DNA from: Alphaproteobacteria bacterium
GTDB lineage: Bacteria > Pseudomonadota > Alphaproteobacteria > SP197
Direction of reading: 5' to 3'
Length of the DNA stretch: 64,000 nucleotides
Assembly (NCBI GenBank): GCA_965228895.1
Contig: OZ245842.1
Span: 3,616,001 to 3,680,000 of the forward strand
Positions 48,098-58,164 of the stretch are shown piece by piece. The first letter of the stretch is position 1; each line of letters begins with the position of its first letter. The notes under the pieces were generated by a model. It was not told the DNA's origin and did no database searches. It saw nothing but the letters and a program-made list of their open reading frames with translations. The translations under genes and the position numbers were made by a program.

Positions 48098-48739
48098 ATG
48101 AGCGAACCAGCAGCCAAGAAACATTCGGCAACGACCATCACGTCCGTCGACAAACTCGAGACGCTCTATGGCGCGCCGGTGCCCCGTTCGCTGATTAAGG
48201 AGCTAGATCAGCTCAACGAGCACTACCGCGCGTTCGTCGAAAAAGCACCCTTCGTGGTGGTCGCCACCAGCGGGCCGGGCGGCCTGGATTGCTCGCCGCG
48301 GGGCGATCCCGCGGGTTTTGTGCGTGTTGTCGACGACAAGACGCTGATGATCCCCGACCGGCGCGGCAACAACCGGCTGGACACCCTGCGCAACCTGGTG
48401 ATCGACCCGCGTATCTCGCTGCTGTTTCTTGTTCCCGGTATCGGTGAGACGCTAAGGATCAACGGCCGCGCCGAAATCGTCGTCGACGACGATCTCAACG
48501 AGAGCTTCGCCATGCAGGGCAAGGCGCCGCGCAGCGTCATCACAGTCACAATCGACAGCGTCTATTACCAATGCCAGAAGGCTCTGGCCCGCTCCCGCCT
48601 TTGGGACCCCGACGCACAATTGGCGCGATCAGATCTGCCGACACCCGGCCAAATGAACACCGTCTTCCACGACGGCGACTTCGACGGCGAGGCCTATGAC
48701 CGGGACTATCCCGAACACATGAAAAAGACGATCTACTGA
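48098..48739 (+). CDS. Pyridoxamine 5'-phosphate oxidase-family FMN-binding protein (MSMEG_1061-like)
   Basis: DCSPRGD..GFV, PDRRGNNRLD.LRN and ETLRINGRA. Confidence 0.9.
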   Translation: MSEPAAKKHSATTITSVDKLETLYGAPVPRSLIKELDQLNEHYRAFVEKAPFVVVATSGPGGLDCSPRGDPAGFVRVVDDKTLMIPDRRGNNRLDTLRNLVIDPRISLLFLVPGIGETLRINGRAEIVVDDDLNESFAMQGKAPRSVITVTIDSVYYQCQKALARSRLWDPDAQLARSDLPTPGQMNTVFHDGDFDGEAYDRDYPEHMKKTIY

Positions 48740-48769
48740 GGTCGCGCCGCCTAGGGCGTACCCAGCCTC

Positions 48770-48852
48770 GTTGGCATCACCGGCCCGCTCCCCCTCCCGG
48801 CCACCCATGGCAGCATCCTCGGGGGGGCCGGGAGGGGGAGCGGGCCGGCACC
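48770..48852 (+). repeat. GC-rich palindromic REP-like element, copy 3 (core inverted)
   Basis: Same leader and arms as copy 1, but the core reads CCATGGCAGCATCCTC. Confidence 0.8.
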
Positions 48853-48875
48853 GTTGCTGCGCAAGCTGGAAAGAC

Positions 48876-49241
48876 CTAAAACGCGGCTTTCCACTGCTCC
48901 GTGTCAATGAACCACCGTTCTTCAAACACCAGGCCGCCTTTGAGTTTGAACAGTACCGCAAGCTGGCTTCCATCCGGGACCTTTTCGCTCGTCCACTCCA
49001 TGATGGAGACGACTTCGCCGGCATCGCCAATTTGACGGATGGATGTGATGTTGAAACCGGGCGGCAAAACGGCGCCCAGGTTCTCCAGCGCACTTCGGAA
49101 CGCAGCCGTGCCCTTCAGCACATCATTCTGACCAGGCATCACAAAGATCATGTCGTCGGTGTAGTCGGCGATCAGCGTATCCCAATCGCCGCGCGCCACC
49201 GCTTCCCAACCACGTTGTACAATCTCGGCATCACTCGCCAT
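48876..49241 (-). CDS. SnoaL/NTF2-like protein
   Basis: GDWD.L.A.Y.DD..F.MPG and EERWF.D. GGAAGG RBS. Confidence 0.8.
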   Translation of the reverse strand: MASDAEIVQRGWEAVARGDWDTLIADYTDDMIFVMPGQNDVLKGTAAFRSALENLGAVLPPGFNITSIRQIGDAGEVVSIMEWTSEKVPDGSQLAVLFKLKGGLVFEERWFIDTEQWKAAF

Positions 49242-49339
49242 GTCGCCTTCCCCTTTTCTGTTAAGGAGCAAATGAACGCCGCGTAGATCTGTTGCTCACG
49301 CCGCCATTTGCTCCGGTTACCAATTGGCCAGTTTGGCCT

Positions 49340-49750
49340 TCACTCGACGATGCCGTCACGCTTGAACTTTAGGAAACGTGGCAGCTCATCGGTCACATCG
49401 ACCCAGGAAAGACGCTGCGACCGCCAGATATGAACTTCCGGCGCGCAGGCCTCCGCCTCCTCCAGAATCGCAATTGCAACGAACATTTGCGCGGCATCAT
49501 CCCGATCCCAGATCGTAAGCGTGGTACCGCAGCGACCGCAAAACGTCCTCTCCACGGCCGGACTGGATTCAAAGCGCCGGAGAGTGCCGCCTGTTATGGC
49601 AACGGCGTCTCTCTCAACACCTGCCCAGGCCATCACGGGCGCCCCGCTTGCGCGTCTGCAAGTTTTGCAGTGGCAGAACTCAGCAAGATCCACAGGCGCT
49701 GAGATCGCGACCTCGACCTCACCGCATAAACAACTGCCCCTCATCGTCAT
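49340..49750 (-). CDS. GFA (glutathione-dependent formaldehyde-activating) family protein
   Basis: GSCLCG, CHC..CRR.SG and FC..CG. Confidence 0.92.
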   Translation of the reverse strand: MTMRGSCLCGEVEVAISAPVDLAEFCHCKTCRRASGAPVMAWAGVERDAVAITGGTLRRFESSPAVERTFCGRCGTTLTIWDRDDAAQMFVAIAILEEAEACAPEVHIWRSQRLSWVDVTDELPRFLKFKRDGIVE

Positions 49751-49853
49751 GCCGCCCTTCTATGAACCATCGATCCGCCGCCGAAGCTGGACAGCACAAC
49801 AATAGCCTGTGCTAAATCGTACAGACACTGGAGAAACCGCAAGGCTGGTTTGC

Positions 49854-50765
49854 ATGTCTGAACAGGCTATCAAATGGGACGATCTTCGTTTTGTTCTGGC
49901 CATCAAACGATCACGCTCGCTTTCGGGTGCCGGGCGGAGCCTTTCACTGAGCCATGCGACGGTGTTTCGACGCCTAGAGGCACTGGAACGGCGGCTGGGC
50001 GTTCAATTGTTTGAAAGAGGCCGCGACGGCTATAGCCCGACAGTCGCGGGCGAACACCTTTGTGTTGCAGCAGAGCGGGTCGAGACAGAGGTCGCGACAG
50101 CGGAACGGCGTGTTGTCGGTCAGGACCTCAAGCCCGAAGGAACGGTGCGCGTCACGGCGACCGATACGATCTGGTACGCCATCCTCATGCCGCTCTGCCA
50201 TGGATTCCGGCGACAGTTTCCCGACATCAAACTTGAAATTATCGTTTCGGATCACCTTTCCAACCTCTCCAAACGCGAGGCTGATGTCGCACTGCGATCC
50301 ACACGGCGTCCGCAGGAGACCATGCACGGCAGAAAACTCGGGAAGATTGTTCAGGCCGTCTATGGTCCGGTCGGGCACCCCGCATCGAACGCGGCCGAGC
50401 CCTCTTGGGGCGACTACGATTGGGTCGGACCCGATGCAACGCTTCACTACCCACCTCTTGAAAAATGGATGGCCAGGAACTGTCCCGATGAACGCATCAA
50501 TTGCCGCGTCAACACGCTGTTGGGCATGCGCGAAGCAATGCTGGCCGGCATGGGACTGACGGTCTTGCCTTGTTACTTCTGCGACCCCGATCCGCGGCTG
50601 GCGCGCATCGGCGAGCCGCTTCCCGAACTGGAAACCGAACTCTGGTCCCTCACACACCCCGACCTCAAGTCCGTTTCACGCGTGCGCGCTTTTCTGGATT
50701 ACGTCGCTGGTGAGATCGTGGAGAAACGGCACGCGCTGGCAGGCGCGGCAACGTCTACTCGCTGA
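49854..50765 (+). CDS. LysR family regulator
   Basis: WDDLR..L...R..SLSGA.R.L..SH.TV.RR, divergent from the GFA gene. Confidence 0.93.
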   Translation: MSEQAIKWDDLRFVLAIKRSRSLSGAGRSLSLSHATVFRRLEALERRLGVQLFERGRDGYSPTVAGEHLCVAAERVETEVATAERRVVGQDLKPEGTVRVTATDTIWYAILMPLCHGFRRQFPDIKLEIIVSDHLSNLSKREADVALRSTRRPQETMHGRKLGKIVQAVYGPVGHPASNAAEPSWGDYDWVGPDATLHYPPLEKWMARNCPDERINCRVNTLLGMREAMLAGMGLTVLPCYFCDPDPRLARIGEPLPELETELWSLTHPDLKSVSRVRAFLDYVAGEIVEKRHALAGAATSTR

Positions 50766-50777
50766 ACCGGTTGGCAC

Positions 50778-51518
50778 TCAGGCGCCACTCTCCGCCGAAG
50801 CGATCGATTCCAACAGATCTGCCGTCGCCTCGGGCGCGATGACCATGGCGTCATGGCCGGTCTTGAGCTCATGGACCGGCCAGCCCCGCTCTTGGGCCCG
50901 CGCCAGCGCGCCTTGCGCGGGGCGATAGACCGGGTCGGTGCAGGTGATGTAATGCGCCGGCAGGCCGTTGCCGGCCGGATGACCCAGGTTGACCGGCGTC
51001 GTGAATGTGGCGAAGGGATGGGGTGTCAATCGTGGCTCCACAAACGCCACATCCTCCGGCTTCGTCACGCCCAGGCTGTCGATCGGGCCGACCGGCAGGC
51101 TGACGCCGCCGCTCGATGTCTCGGCCAGTTTGCGGCGGTCTTCGGCCATGTCTGGCGGCAACAGCGAAAACCAGGTTTCGCCGTCCTCCATGATGGCGGC
51201 GTCCAGATAGATCAGCATGCCAATCCGCTCGGGGACTCGATCGGCCGCACCGGTGACCGAACAACCGGCAAAACTGTGGGGGACCAGCACGACGTCCCGC
51301 AGGTCGTTCCAGACGAGATGGTTCACCACGTCGTCGATAAAGACATCCATGGTGACGTCACGCGACAGCAGGTGACTGCGCTCGCCAAGTCCCGTCTGGG
51401 TCGGCGTCGTGACGCGATGGCCGCGCGCGCGCAGGATGTCAGCCACCCGGCTCCAGCACCAGCCGCCGTGCCAAGCACCGTGCACGAGAACGAAGGTGCG
51501 TGGTCCGCTCGAAGCCAT
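50778..51518 (-). CDS. Alpha/beta hydrolase (esterase)
   Basis: FVLVHGAWHGGWCW, nucleophile elbow PHSFAG and TGHDAM. Confidence 0.9.
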   Translation of the reverse strand: MASSGPRTFVLVHGAWHGGWCWSRVADILRARGHRVTTPTQTGLGERSHLLSRDVTMDVFIDDVVNHLVWNDLRDVVLVPHSFAGCSVTGAADRVPERIGMLIYLDAAIMEDGETWFSLLPPDMAEDRRKLAETSSGGVSLPVGPIDSLGVTKPEDVAFVEPRLTPHPFATFTTPVNLGHPAGNGLPAHYITCTDPVYRPAQGALARAQERGWPVHELKTGHDAMVIAPEATADLLESIASAESGA

Positions 51519-51544
51519 TCTTGATCTCCCCTGCCTGTGCGCCG

Positions 51545-53635
51545 CTACACGCGCAAACCGGCCATGGCATTACGCAGGCCCGCCGTCGTCTCGATCAGCT
51601 TGCGCGCATAATAGTACTCCTCGACGACCAGGACGGCCTCACGCGCGGGCACCGAACCGTCCAGGGGCACCGACGTCTGCCACGTCTTGAGCAACTCGTC
51701 GACCTGCTGAATGTCGTGATCACCATCAATGTCGGCGCTTAGCTGGACGCGGACCTGTTCCGCCAACTTGTCTTCAAGGTCCCGGATCTGTTGCGGCAGC
51801 GTTAAACCCTGCAGCGTGCGGACTGTGCTGATATAGAGCGCCGCATAGCCGACGACTGCGTCGGCGTGTGCCTGCAGTTGATAACTGTCCAGGTTGTGAT
51901 GGCGCATGATGAACCGTTCGGAGTTGAGGCCGATCAATTCGCCCGTCAGCGTCTGACTGTCGCCGTTAAGCTGGGACAGACTTACCTTGACGACCTCATC
52001 GCCGGCCTTTGCCGAACCGATGGCGGCATCGGTGTCCGCGAGCAGCTTTGTGACGACCGGGCGCACATGATCCTTGGCGCGAATCGGAAACAACAGCCAC
52101 GAGGCGAGCAGCGCCAGGCCGGCGCCCATCGCGGTCTGATAGAGCCGGGCCTCCATGCCCGCGATACCGACACCCTCGATCAGGTGGAGCGCCAAGACGA
52201 CCATGAAACCGATCAGGGCGGCGGTCACCATGTAGTGCCGCTCGATCAGCACGAAGATCGGCAGCGCCGCCAAGCCGATAAGGACGATCTGAACGGCAAG
52301 GTTGTCGCCGATCAAGGGCTGTAGCCCGATCGCGAAAAGCACGCCGACGGCCGTCCCGACGGCGCGCTCGACGGTGCGCTTGATGGTGGCGCCCAGGCTG
52401 GCGCTTAAGACGATGAAGACCGTCATCGTCGCCCAGTACGCGTGATCCAGTTGGAAGATCAGTCCTATGGCGACGGTTATGCCGGCGGCGACTGCGCCCT
52501 GGATGGCGAGCCGCCAGCCCATCGCCGCACCATCCTTTCCCGGCGAGGACGCGCCGGCGGGCTTCTGGAACGCGTCCTGCCAGGGCTGGCCGAACGCCGC
52601 AGCGGTCGCGCGCATGTCCTCGGCCGTTGTGATCAAACGCGACAAACCAAGCACCTGCCGGATCCAATGGAAATTGTCGACGCGCGGCAAACCGGTGCCA
52701 CCGATCAGATCGTCGCGGGCCGCCCGTGCGTCCCTGGCAAAGGCCCCTGTGCGCTCCGGACCCGGACCCGACGGCGCGTTCAACAAATCGATCGCATCCG
52801 CGTACATCCGGTCGAAATCGCGCTGTTCGGTGCCGCCCGGCGGGTCGTCATGACTGTTGTCGACCGCTTCGGTGACAACCTTGAGCGCCATGAGGGATCG
52901 CAGAGCCGTCGAATTGATATGCTGCAGGCGTGGCCGCTCATGGGGGTTTTGGGCTAAGGCAAGCTCGCATGCCCGCGACAGCATGTCCCATGCCCGCTTC
53001 GCCCAATGGGGCGGCAGATCGCTGTCCGACGACCGGCATGCGCTCACCTCCGCGGCGACGGCGCGTTGGAAGCGCACGATCTCGCGCTTGAGCGCCGCGA
53101 GCGCGGACGGCCGCCACAGGGTGCGTTGAACCAGCAAGCCGACCACGCCGGCCACCAGCGCCGACAGCACCAGCCATAGCGCCACCTCGCGCGTCGGGTT
53201 GGCCAGCGTCACGAACATGAACATCAACGTGACCATCAGGCCATACTGCGTCGCGACCGCGCCATAGCGGCGCAGGTAGAGACCGAACGCTATGACCAGC
53301 ACCCATGCGCCATCGATCGGCGCCTCACCGAAACCGATCTCGCGCCAGCCGACGACAACACCCAAACCGAACACGGCCAACGCGACACCCACGTTCTTGG
53401 CGAAGGCGATGGCCTCCGACTGCCGTGTACCAGGCGGTGTGAAAATGAACGCGTTAAGGGCGACAGCGCCGCCCAGCAACGCGAACAACAGGTTCTCCGG
53501 CGCCCGCAACCATTCGCCTACGAAATAGCAGACGCCGCCCGCGACCGCGGACACCACGAAAAAGTGGACACCGCGCACCAGCCGTATGCCGCCCGGATCG
53601 AGCGCTCGCAGCGACTCAACCCAACGGTAACTCAA
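51545..53635 (-). CDS. FUSC (aromatic acid exporter-like) membrane protein
   Basis: Two TM bundles and HAYWA..T...V...S.G.T..R..ER.VGT..G. Confidence 0.85.
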   Translation of the reverse strand: MSYRWVESLRALDPGGIRLVRGVHFFVVSAVAGGVCYFVGEWLRAPENLLFALLGGAVALNAFIFTPPGTRQSEAIAFAKNVGVALAVFGLGVVVGWREIGFGEAPIDGAWVLVIAFGLYLRRYGAVATQYGLMVTLMFMFVTLANPTREVALWLVLSALVAGVVGLLVQRTLWRPSALAALKREIVRFQRAVAAEVSACRSSDSDLPPHWAKRAWDMLSRACELALAQNPHERPRLQHINSTALRSLMALKVVTEAVDNSHDDPPGGTEQRDFDRMYADAIDLLNAPSGPGPERTGAFARDARAARDDLIGGTGLPRVDNFHWIRQVLGLSRLITTAEDMRATAAAFGQPWQDAFQKPAGASSPGKDGAAMGWRLAIQGAVAAGITVAIGLIFQLDHAYWATMTVFIVLSASLGATIKRTVERAVGTAVGVLFAIGLQPLIGDNLAVQIVLIGLAALPIFVLIERHYMVTAALIGFMVVLALHLIEGVGIAGMEARLYQTAMGAGLALLASWLLFPIRAKDHVRPVVTKLLADTDAAIGSAKAGDEVVKVSLSQLNGDSQTLTGELIGLNSERFIMRHHNLDSYQLQAHADAVVGYAALYISTVRTLQGLTLPQQIRDLEDKLAEQVRVQLSADIDGDHDIQQVDELLKTWQTSVPLDGSVPAREAVLVVEEYYYARKLIETTAGLRNAMAGLRV

Positions 53636-53793
53636 GATTTGTTCGGCTCGGTCTTGTCCGGGTCCGGTTCGGGTTCATCCGGCGATGCAAGCCGCGCGCT
53701 TTTCTTTCGCCTTTCCGGTTGCTCTGCGGCCAAAAAGTCGGGATCCAGCTCGTGCAGGAAACACGGTGGTGATGCGTATTGGTCACCGGTCAT
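53632..53793 (-). CDS. 53-aa micro-protein with YASPPCFLHELDP motif
   Basis: Not in the ORF track. Hand translation: MTGDQYASPPCFLHELDPDFLAAEQPERRKKSARLASPDEPEPDPDKTEPNKS. Its TGA overlaps the FUSC TTG start. Confidence 0.6.
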   Translation of the reverse strand: MTGDQYASPPCFLHELDPDFLAAEQPERRKKSARLASPDEPEPDPDKTEPNKS

Positions 53794-53851
53794 GGTCACA
53801 GTCCGCCGTAAACGTCAGTGAGCCGATACCCGACAGCGTCCCATTATGACG

Positions 53852-56272
53852 CTACGACCGCAACACCTCGTTCGCCGGATCGAACGCCGGTTCGGCCAAC
53901 ACCGTCGCGGTACATTTCTTACCCAGAAGATCGACCTCGAAGGTCGAACCGGGTTCGGCGAACGACGGTTCGACATAGGCAAAGAACAGGCTCTTTTCGA
54001 CGCTGTGGCCATAGCCGCCCGATGTCGTGACACCGATGGCGCGATCGCCATCGAGCACCGGCTCGCCGCCGAAGACGTCGGTATCGCCGGCGTCGATTTC
54101 GCCATAGCACAGACGGGTCACCGGCTCGGCCTGGAGCACCCGCTCGACCGAGGCCTTGCCGTTGAACTCCTTGTCCAGTTTGACGAAGCGCATGATGTCG
54201 GCTTCGACCGGCGTGATCTCGTTGGTCAGTTCCGCACCGACACCCTTGTACGCCTTTTCCATGCGCAGGCTGTTCAGCGTATAGGTGCCGAAATCGGCGA
54301 TGCCGTGCGCCCGCCCCGCCTTCCAGATGGCGTCGTAGATCTGGGGCAGCTTTTCCATGGGCGCGTGCAGTTCCCAGCCGAGCGAACCCACATAGTTGAC
54401 GCGCAAGGCCGCCAGCTCGACGCCGGCCACCTCGATCACCTGGGCGGTCAGCCAGCGGAAAGCGTCGTTCGACAGGTCGGCGTCAGTCAGGTCGGCGAGC
54501 ACATCACGACTCTTCGGCCCGGCCACCACCAGAATGCCGATGTCGTCGGACGTGTTGCCGACCTGAACGTCCAGGTCCTCGTCGAGCGCCTCGTTGAAAG
54601 CGTCGCCATCGCGGATCTCCCATGCCGCGCCGGAGCACACGTGGAACCAGCCCTCGTCCAGCTTGGTGATGGTCGATTCGCCCTGGATACGGCCGTTCTC
54701 GCCCAGGCGATGGCACAGGCCGATGCGCCCGACCTTGCTCGGCACCTTGTTGGCGAAGAGCTGGTTGAGCCAGGTTTCCGCATCGGCGCCACGCACGTCG
54801 AACTTGGCGAAGCTGGAGAGATCGAGGACGCCGACGCGTTCGCGCACCGCGCGGCATTCCTCCGCGATAACCTCGAAGGTGTTGTTGTGACGAAAGCCCG
54901 TCTCTTCCTCGCGGCCGTCCAGGGAGAACCACTTCGGCCGTTCCCAGCCGAACGCTTCCGTATAAACCGCGCCTTTCTTCAGTAGCTTGTTATATAGCGA
55001 CGACGCGCGTGCCGGGCGTCCCGCCGGGCGTTCGTCCCCCGGCAGATGCTGGACATACATATGCGCGTAGTCCTGGAACGACTTGGCGCGCGTATAGTCG
55101 TTGTCGGCATAGCCGCCGAAGCGGCGCGGATCGACGGTCGCCATGTTGATGTCGGAATCGCCGTGCACCATCCACTGGGCCAGGTACTTGCCCGAACCGG
55201 CGCCCTGGGCGATGCCAATGGAGGATCCGCAACACATCCAGGCGTTCGTCACACCCGGCGCCGGACCCAACATCGGATTGCCGTCCGGCGAATGGGGAAT
55301 CGCGCCGTTGACGATGCGTTTTATGCCCGCGTTGCCGAAGATCGGCACGCGCTGGAACACCTTCTCGATGTAGGGCAAGACGCGGTCGATCGCGTCAGTG
55401 AAGAGTTCGTTCTCCGAATCCCAGGCCGGAGAGCCGCCACGCTCCGCCCAGGCTTCCGTCGACTCCTGTTCGTAGATGCCGATCAGGCCGGACTTCTGCT
55501 CTTGACGATAATAGCTGCTGGCCCACGGATCACGCACGACCTGCATTTCTTCCTCGCGCTCCATGAAGTCGGGCAGCGCCTCGGTGACGATGTAGTGATG
55601 TTCCATGTTGGTGATCGGCGACGCCGATCCCATCATCGCGGAGACTTCGCGCGCATAACAACCAGCGGCGTTGACGACGTGTTCGCAGATGACGTCGCCC
55701 TGCTCGGTAATCACCCGCCATTCGCCGGACGGCTGCTGTTCGAGGTCGAGCACGCGGTTACGGCGCACAATCGTCACGCCTTTCTGGCGCGCGCTGGTGG
55801 CGAACGCGTTGCAGCAACCGGCGGGATCGACATGGCCGTCATCGGTCGTCCACGCGACGGCCAAGACGCCGTCGGTGTTCAGGAACGGGTTCAGCTCCTT
55901 GGCGCGCTCCGCGCTGATAATCTCCATGAAGAAGCCGACATTGGGCGCGAAGCTCGCGACCTGATGAAAGAAGTCGACCTCGGCCTGGGTGACCGCCAAA
56001 CGCAGGCCGCCCGCCTTGTGCCAACCGGTGTATTGGCCGGTCTCCTTCTCCAGCGTCGGGTAGAGCGTGTTGGAGTAGTGGTGGATCTTGGCCATGTTGT
56101 AATCGCCGTTGAAGCTGGGGCAGAGCCCCGCGGCGTGCCAGGTCGAGCCGGAGGTCAACTCGGCCTTTTCGATCAGCATCACGTCGGTCCAGCCTTCTTC
56201 GGCCAGGTGGTAGGCAAGGCCCACCCCCATCATGCCGCCGCCGATAATCACCACCTTGGCTTGATCACGCAT
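53852..56272 (-). CDS. FAD-dependent oxidoreductase, GcvT fusion (dimethylglycine dehydrogenase-like)
   Basis: IIGGG..G, LTSGSTWHAAG, GWERP.WF, G.LGWELH and SLRMEK.Y. Confidence 0.92.
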   Translation of the reverse strand: MRDQAKVVIIGGGMMGVGLAYHLAEEGWTDVMLIEKAELTSGSTWHAAGLCPSFNGDYNMAKIHHYSNTLYPTLEKETGQYTGWHKAGGLRLAVTQAEVDFFHQVASFAPNVGFFMEIISAERAKELNPFLNTDGVLAVAWTTDDGHVDPAGCCNAFATSARQKGVTIVRRNRVLDLEQQPSGEWRVITEQGDVICEHVVNAAGCYAREVSAMMGSASPITNMEHHYIVTEALPDFMEREEEMQVVRDPWASSYYRQEQKSGLIGIYEQESTEAWAERGGSPAWDSENELFTDAIDRVLPYIEKVFQRVPIFGNAGIKRIVNGAIPHSPDGNPMLGPAPGVTNAWMCCGSSIGIAQGAGSGKYLAQWMVHGDSDINMATVDPRRFGGYADNDYTRAKSFQDYAHMYVQHLPGDERPAGRPARASSLYNKLLKKGAVYTEAFGWERPKWFSLDGREEETGFRHNNTFEVIAEECRAVRERVGVLDLSSFAKFDVRGADAETWLNQLFANKVPSKVGRIGLCHRLGENGRIQGESTITKLDEGWFHVCSGAAWEIRDGDAFNEALDEDLDVQVGNTSDDIGILVVAGPKSRDVLADLTDADLSNDAFRWLTAQVIEVAGVELAALRVNYVGSLGWELHAPMEKLPQIYDAIWKAGRAHGIADFGTYTLNSLRMEKAYKGVGAELTNEITPVEADIMRFVKLDKEFNGKASVERVLQAEPVTRLCYGEIDAGDTDVFGGEPVLDGDRAIGVTTSGGYGHSVEKSLFFAYVEPSFAEPGSTFEVDLLGKKCTATVLAEPAFDPANEVLRS

Positions 56273-56478
56273 GGTCGTACTCCTGAAGGGCGCCCGAAGG
56301 ATCGATTTCCCGGCGCTTGTCGATCACGTTTCTAGCGGTTTTCGATTGCGCGAGGCAATCGGGAACCACATGAGAAAGCTGTCTAAATGCACGGGCCCCA
56401 GGGTGAATACGGCACCCTCATTCGCCGGATTGGATTGGACCAGACGAAGTGCGTCGTCTGGTTCCATCGATTCGAGCG

Positions 56479-58164
56479 TCATGCCGAACCGTCTGGCGAC
56501 CAACCGAACAGGCGCTCTGCGTCCTCCTCGGTGTAGTAACCTTGGGCAACGTCGCGGGCGATACGTTGGGGATCGCGTTGGTCTGGGTCGCCATAACCGC
56601 CGCCGCCCGGTGTCGAGACCCGCACCGATTCACCGGCCTTCAAACGAATCCCCTGATCCTTGCTCAAGTGTGGCGGGATGTAGTCACCGTCATCGCGTTC
56701 GACCACCACTCGGTTGACGCCGCCGGGCTCGCCGCCCAGGGCGCCATTGGGTCCGACGCGGCCGTGATCCATCACCATGCTGGCCCGCGCCTCGCCGCGT
56801 CTCAGCCGGACCCGATAATTGACGCCGAAACCGCCGCGCCATTCGCCCGCGCCGCCGGAGCCCTCATGCAAGGAATACTCCTCGAACAACACGGGATAAC
56901 GCTGCTCCATCACCTCGACCGGCGTCGTCTTCGAGATGCCGATGGTCGAGCAACCGTTGGTCAAGCCGTCGCTGCCTTTGAAGCCGCCATAGCCGCCGCC
57001 GGAGATGACGTACATGACGTAGGCGCGTCCGACCTCCGGGTCGTAACCGCCCAACGCGAAGTTGCCGGAGCTGCCCGCCGGCGCGGCGAACAAGTCATCG
57101 GGGATCGCCTGCGCCAGCGCGTCGAACACCGCCTCGGCAATGCGCTGGCTGACCTCCGCTGCACAACCGGAAACCGGACGCGGATACCGCGCATACAAAA
57201 AGGTCCCATCGGGATCGGTGATCTCCAGCGGCTCAAAGGTGCCGGCGTTGATCGGCACCTCCGGGAAGATGTGCTTGATGGCCAGATAGATCGACGACTT
57301 GGTTGTCGCGATGACGCTGTTCATCGGCCCCTGGCACGGCGGGCTCGACCCCGCCATGTCGAAGTGCAGGGTGTCGCCCGTCTTCGTCACCGCCATCTTG
57401 ATAGTCAGCGGTTCGTCGACCACGCCATCGGAATCGACGATCGATGTGCCGTGATAGGTGCCTTCGGGAATGGTGCGGATCTTCGCGCGCATCTGCTCGG
57501 CGGCGCGCGACCGCAGTTCGACGATGGAGTCGCCGACAACATCGGCACCGTAGCGGTCGAGCAGTTCGGTCAGCCGTCGCTCGCCCACCACCAATGCCGC
57601 GGCCTGCGCCTTGATGTCGCCGATACGCTGATCGGCGATGCGGATGTTGGAAAGGATGATCGACAGGATCTCCTCATCCAATTCGCCTTCCTTGTAGAGC
57701 TTGACCGGCGGCAGGCGCAGGCCTTCCTGCTCGACCTCCGTGGCGTTGGCAGAAAACCCGCCGGGCACCGCGCCGCCCGTGTCTGGCCAATGGCCGGTAT
57801 TGGCCAGCCAGCACCACAGCTCACCCCGATAGAAGAACGGCCGGACGAAACGCACGTCCATCAGGTGCGTGCCGCCCAGATAGGGATCGTTGACGATAAA
57901 GACGTCGCCCTGTTTGACGTCCTTGGCGCGCGCGATGACGGCCTGGGTCGAGAACTGCATGGTGCCGACAAAGACCGGCAGACCCAGATCGCCCTGGGCG
58001 ATCAGATCGCCGGTATCGCGCGCGTAGATGCCGTCGGACCGGTCAAGCGCCTCGGAGATGACCGGACTGAAGGCCGAACGCACAAAGGCCAGGTCCATCT
58101 CGTTACAGACCTGGATCAGACCGCTCTGCACCACCGCGAGCGTGACGGGATCGGGCGTTGTCAT
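56479..58164 (-). CDS. Hydantoinase B/oxoprolinase family subunit
   Basis: R.AFSP.I.E, NDPY.GGTH..D, GH..D.GG..PG and TPGGGGYGDP. Confidence 0.93.
   Translation of the reverse strand: MTTPDPVTLAVVQSGLIQVCNEMDLAFVRSAFSPVISEALDRSDGIYARDTGDLIAQGDLGLPVFVGTMQFSTQAVIARAKDVKQGDVFIVNDPYLGGTHLMDVRFVRPFFYRGELWCWLANTGHWPDTGGAVPGGFSANATEVEQEGLRLPPVKLYKEGELDEEILSIILSNIRIADQRIGDIKAQAAALVVGERRLTELLDRYGADVVGDSIVELRSRAAEQMRAKIRTIPEGTYHGTSIVDSDGVVDEPLTIKMAVTKTGDTLHFDMAGSSPPCQGPMNSVIATTKSSIYLAIKHIFPEVPINAGTFEPLEITDPDGTFLYARYPRPVSGCAAEVSQRIAEAVFDALAQAIPDDLFAAPAGSSGNFALGGYDPEVGRAYVMYVISGGGYGGFKGSDGLTNGCSTIGISKTTPVEVMEQRYPVLFEEYSLHEGSGGAGEWRGGFGVNYRVRLRRGEARASMVMDHGRVGPNGALGGEPGGVNRVVVERDDGDYIPPHLSKDQGIRLKAGESVRVSTPGGGGYGDPDQRDPQRIARDVAQGYYTEEDAERLFGWSPDGSA

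Noticed and set aside
25285-48852. Repeats as a CRISPR array or autonomous IS
   Set aside because: The copies are dispersed, with no spacers, cas genes or transposase.
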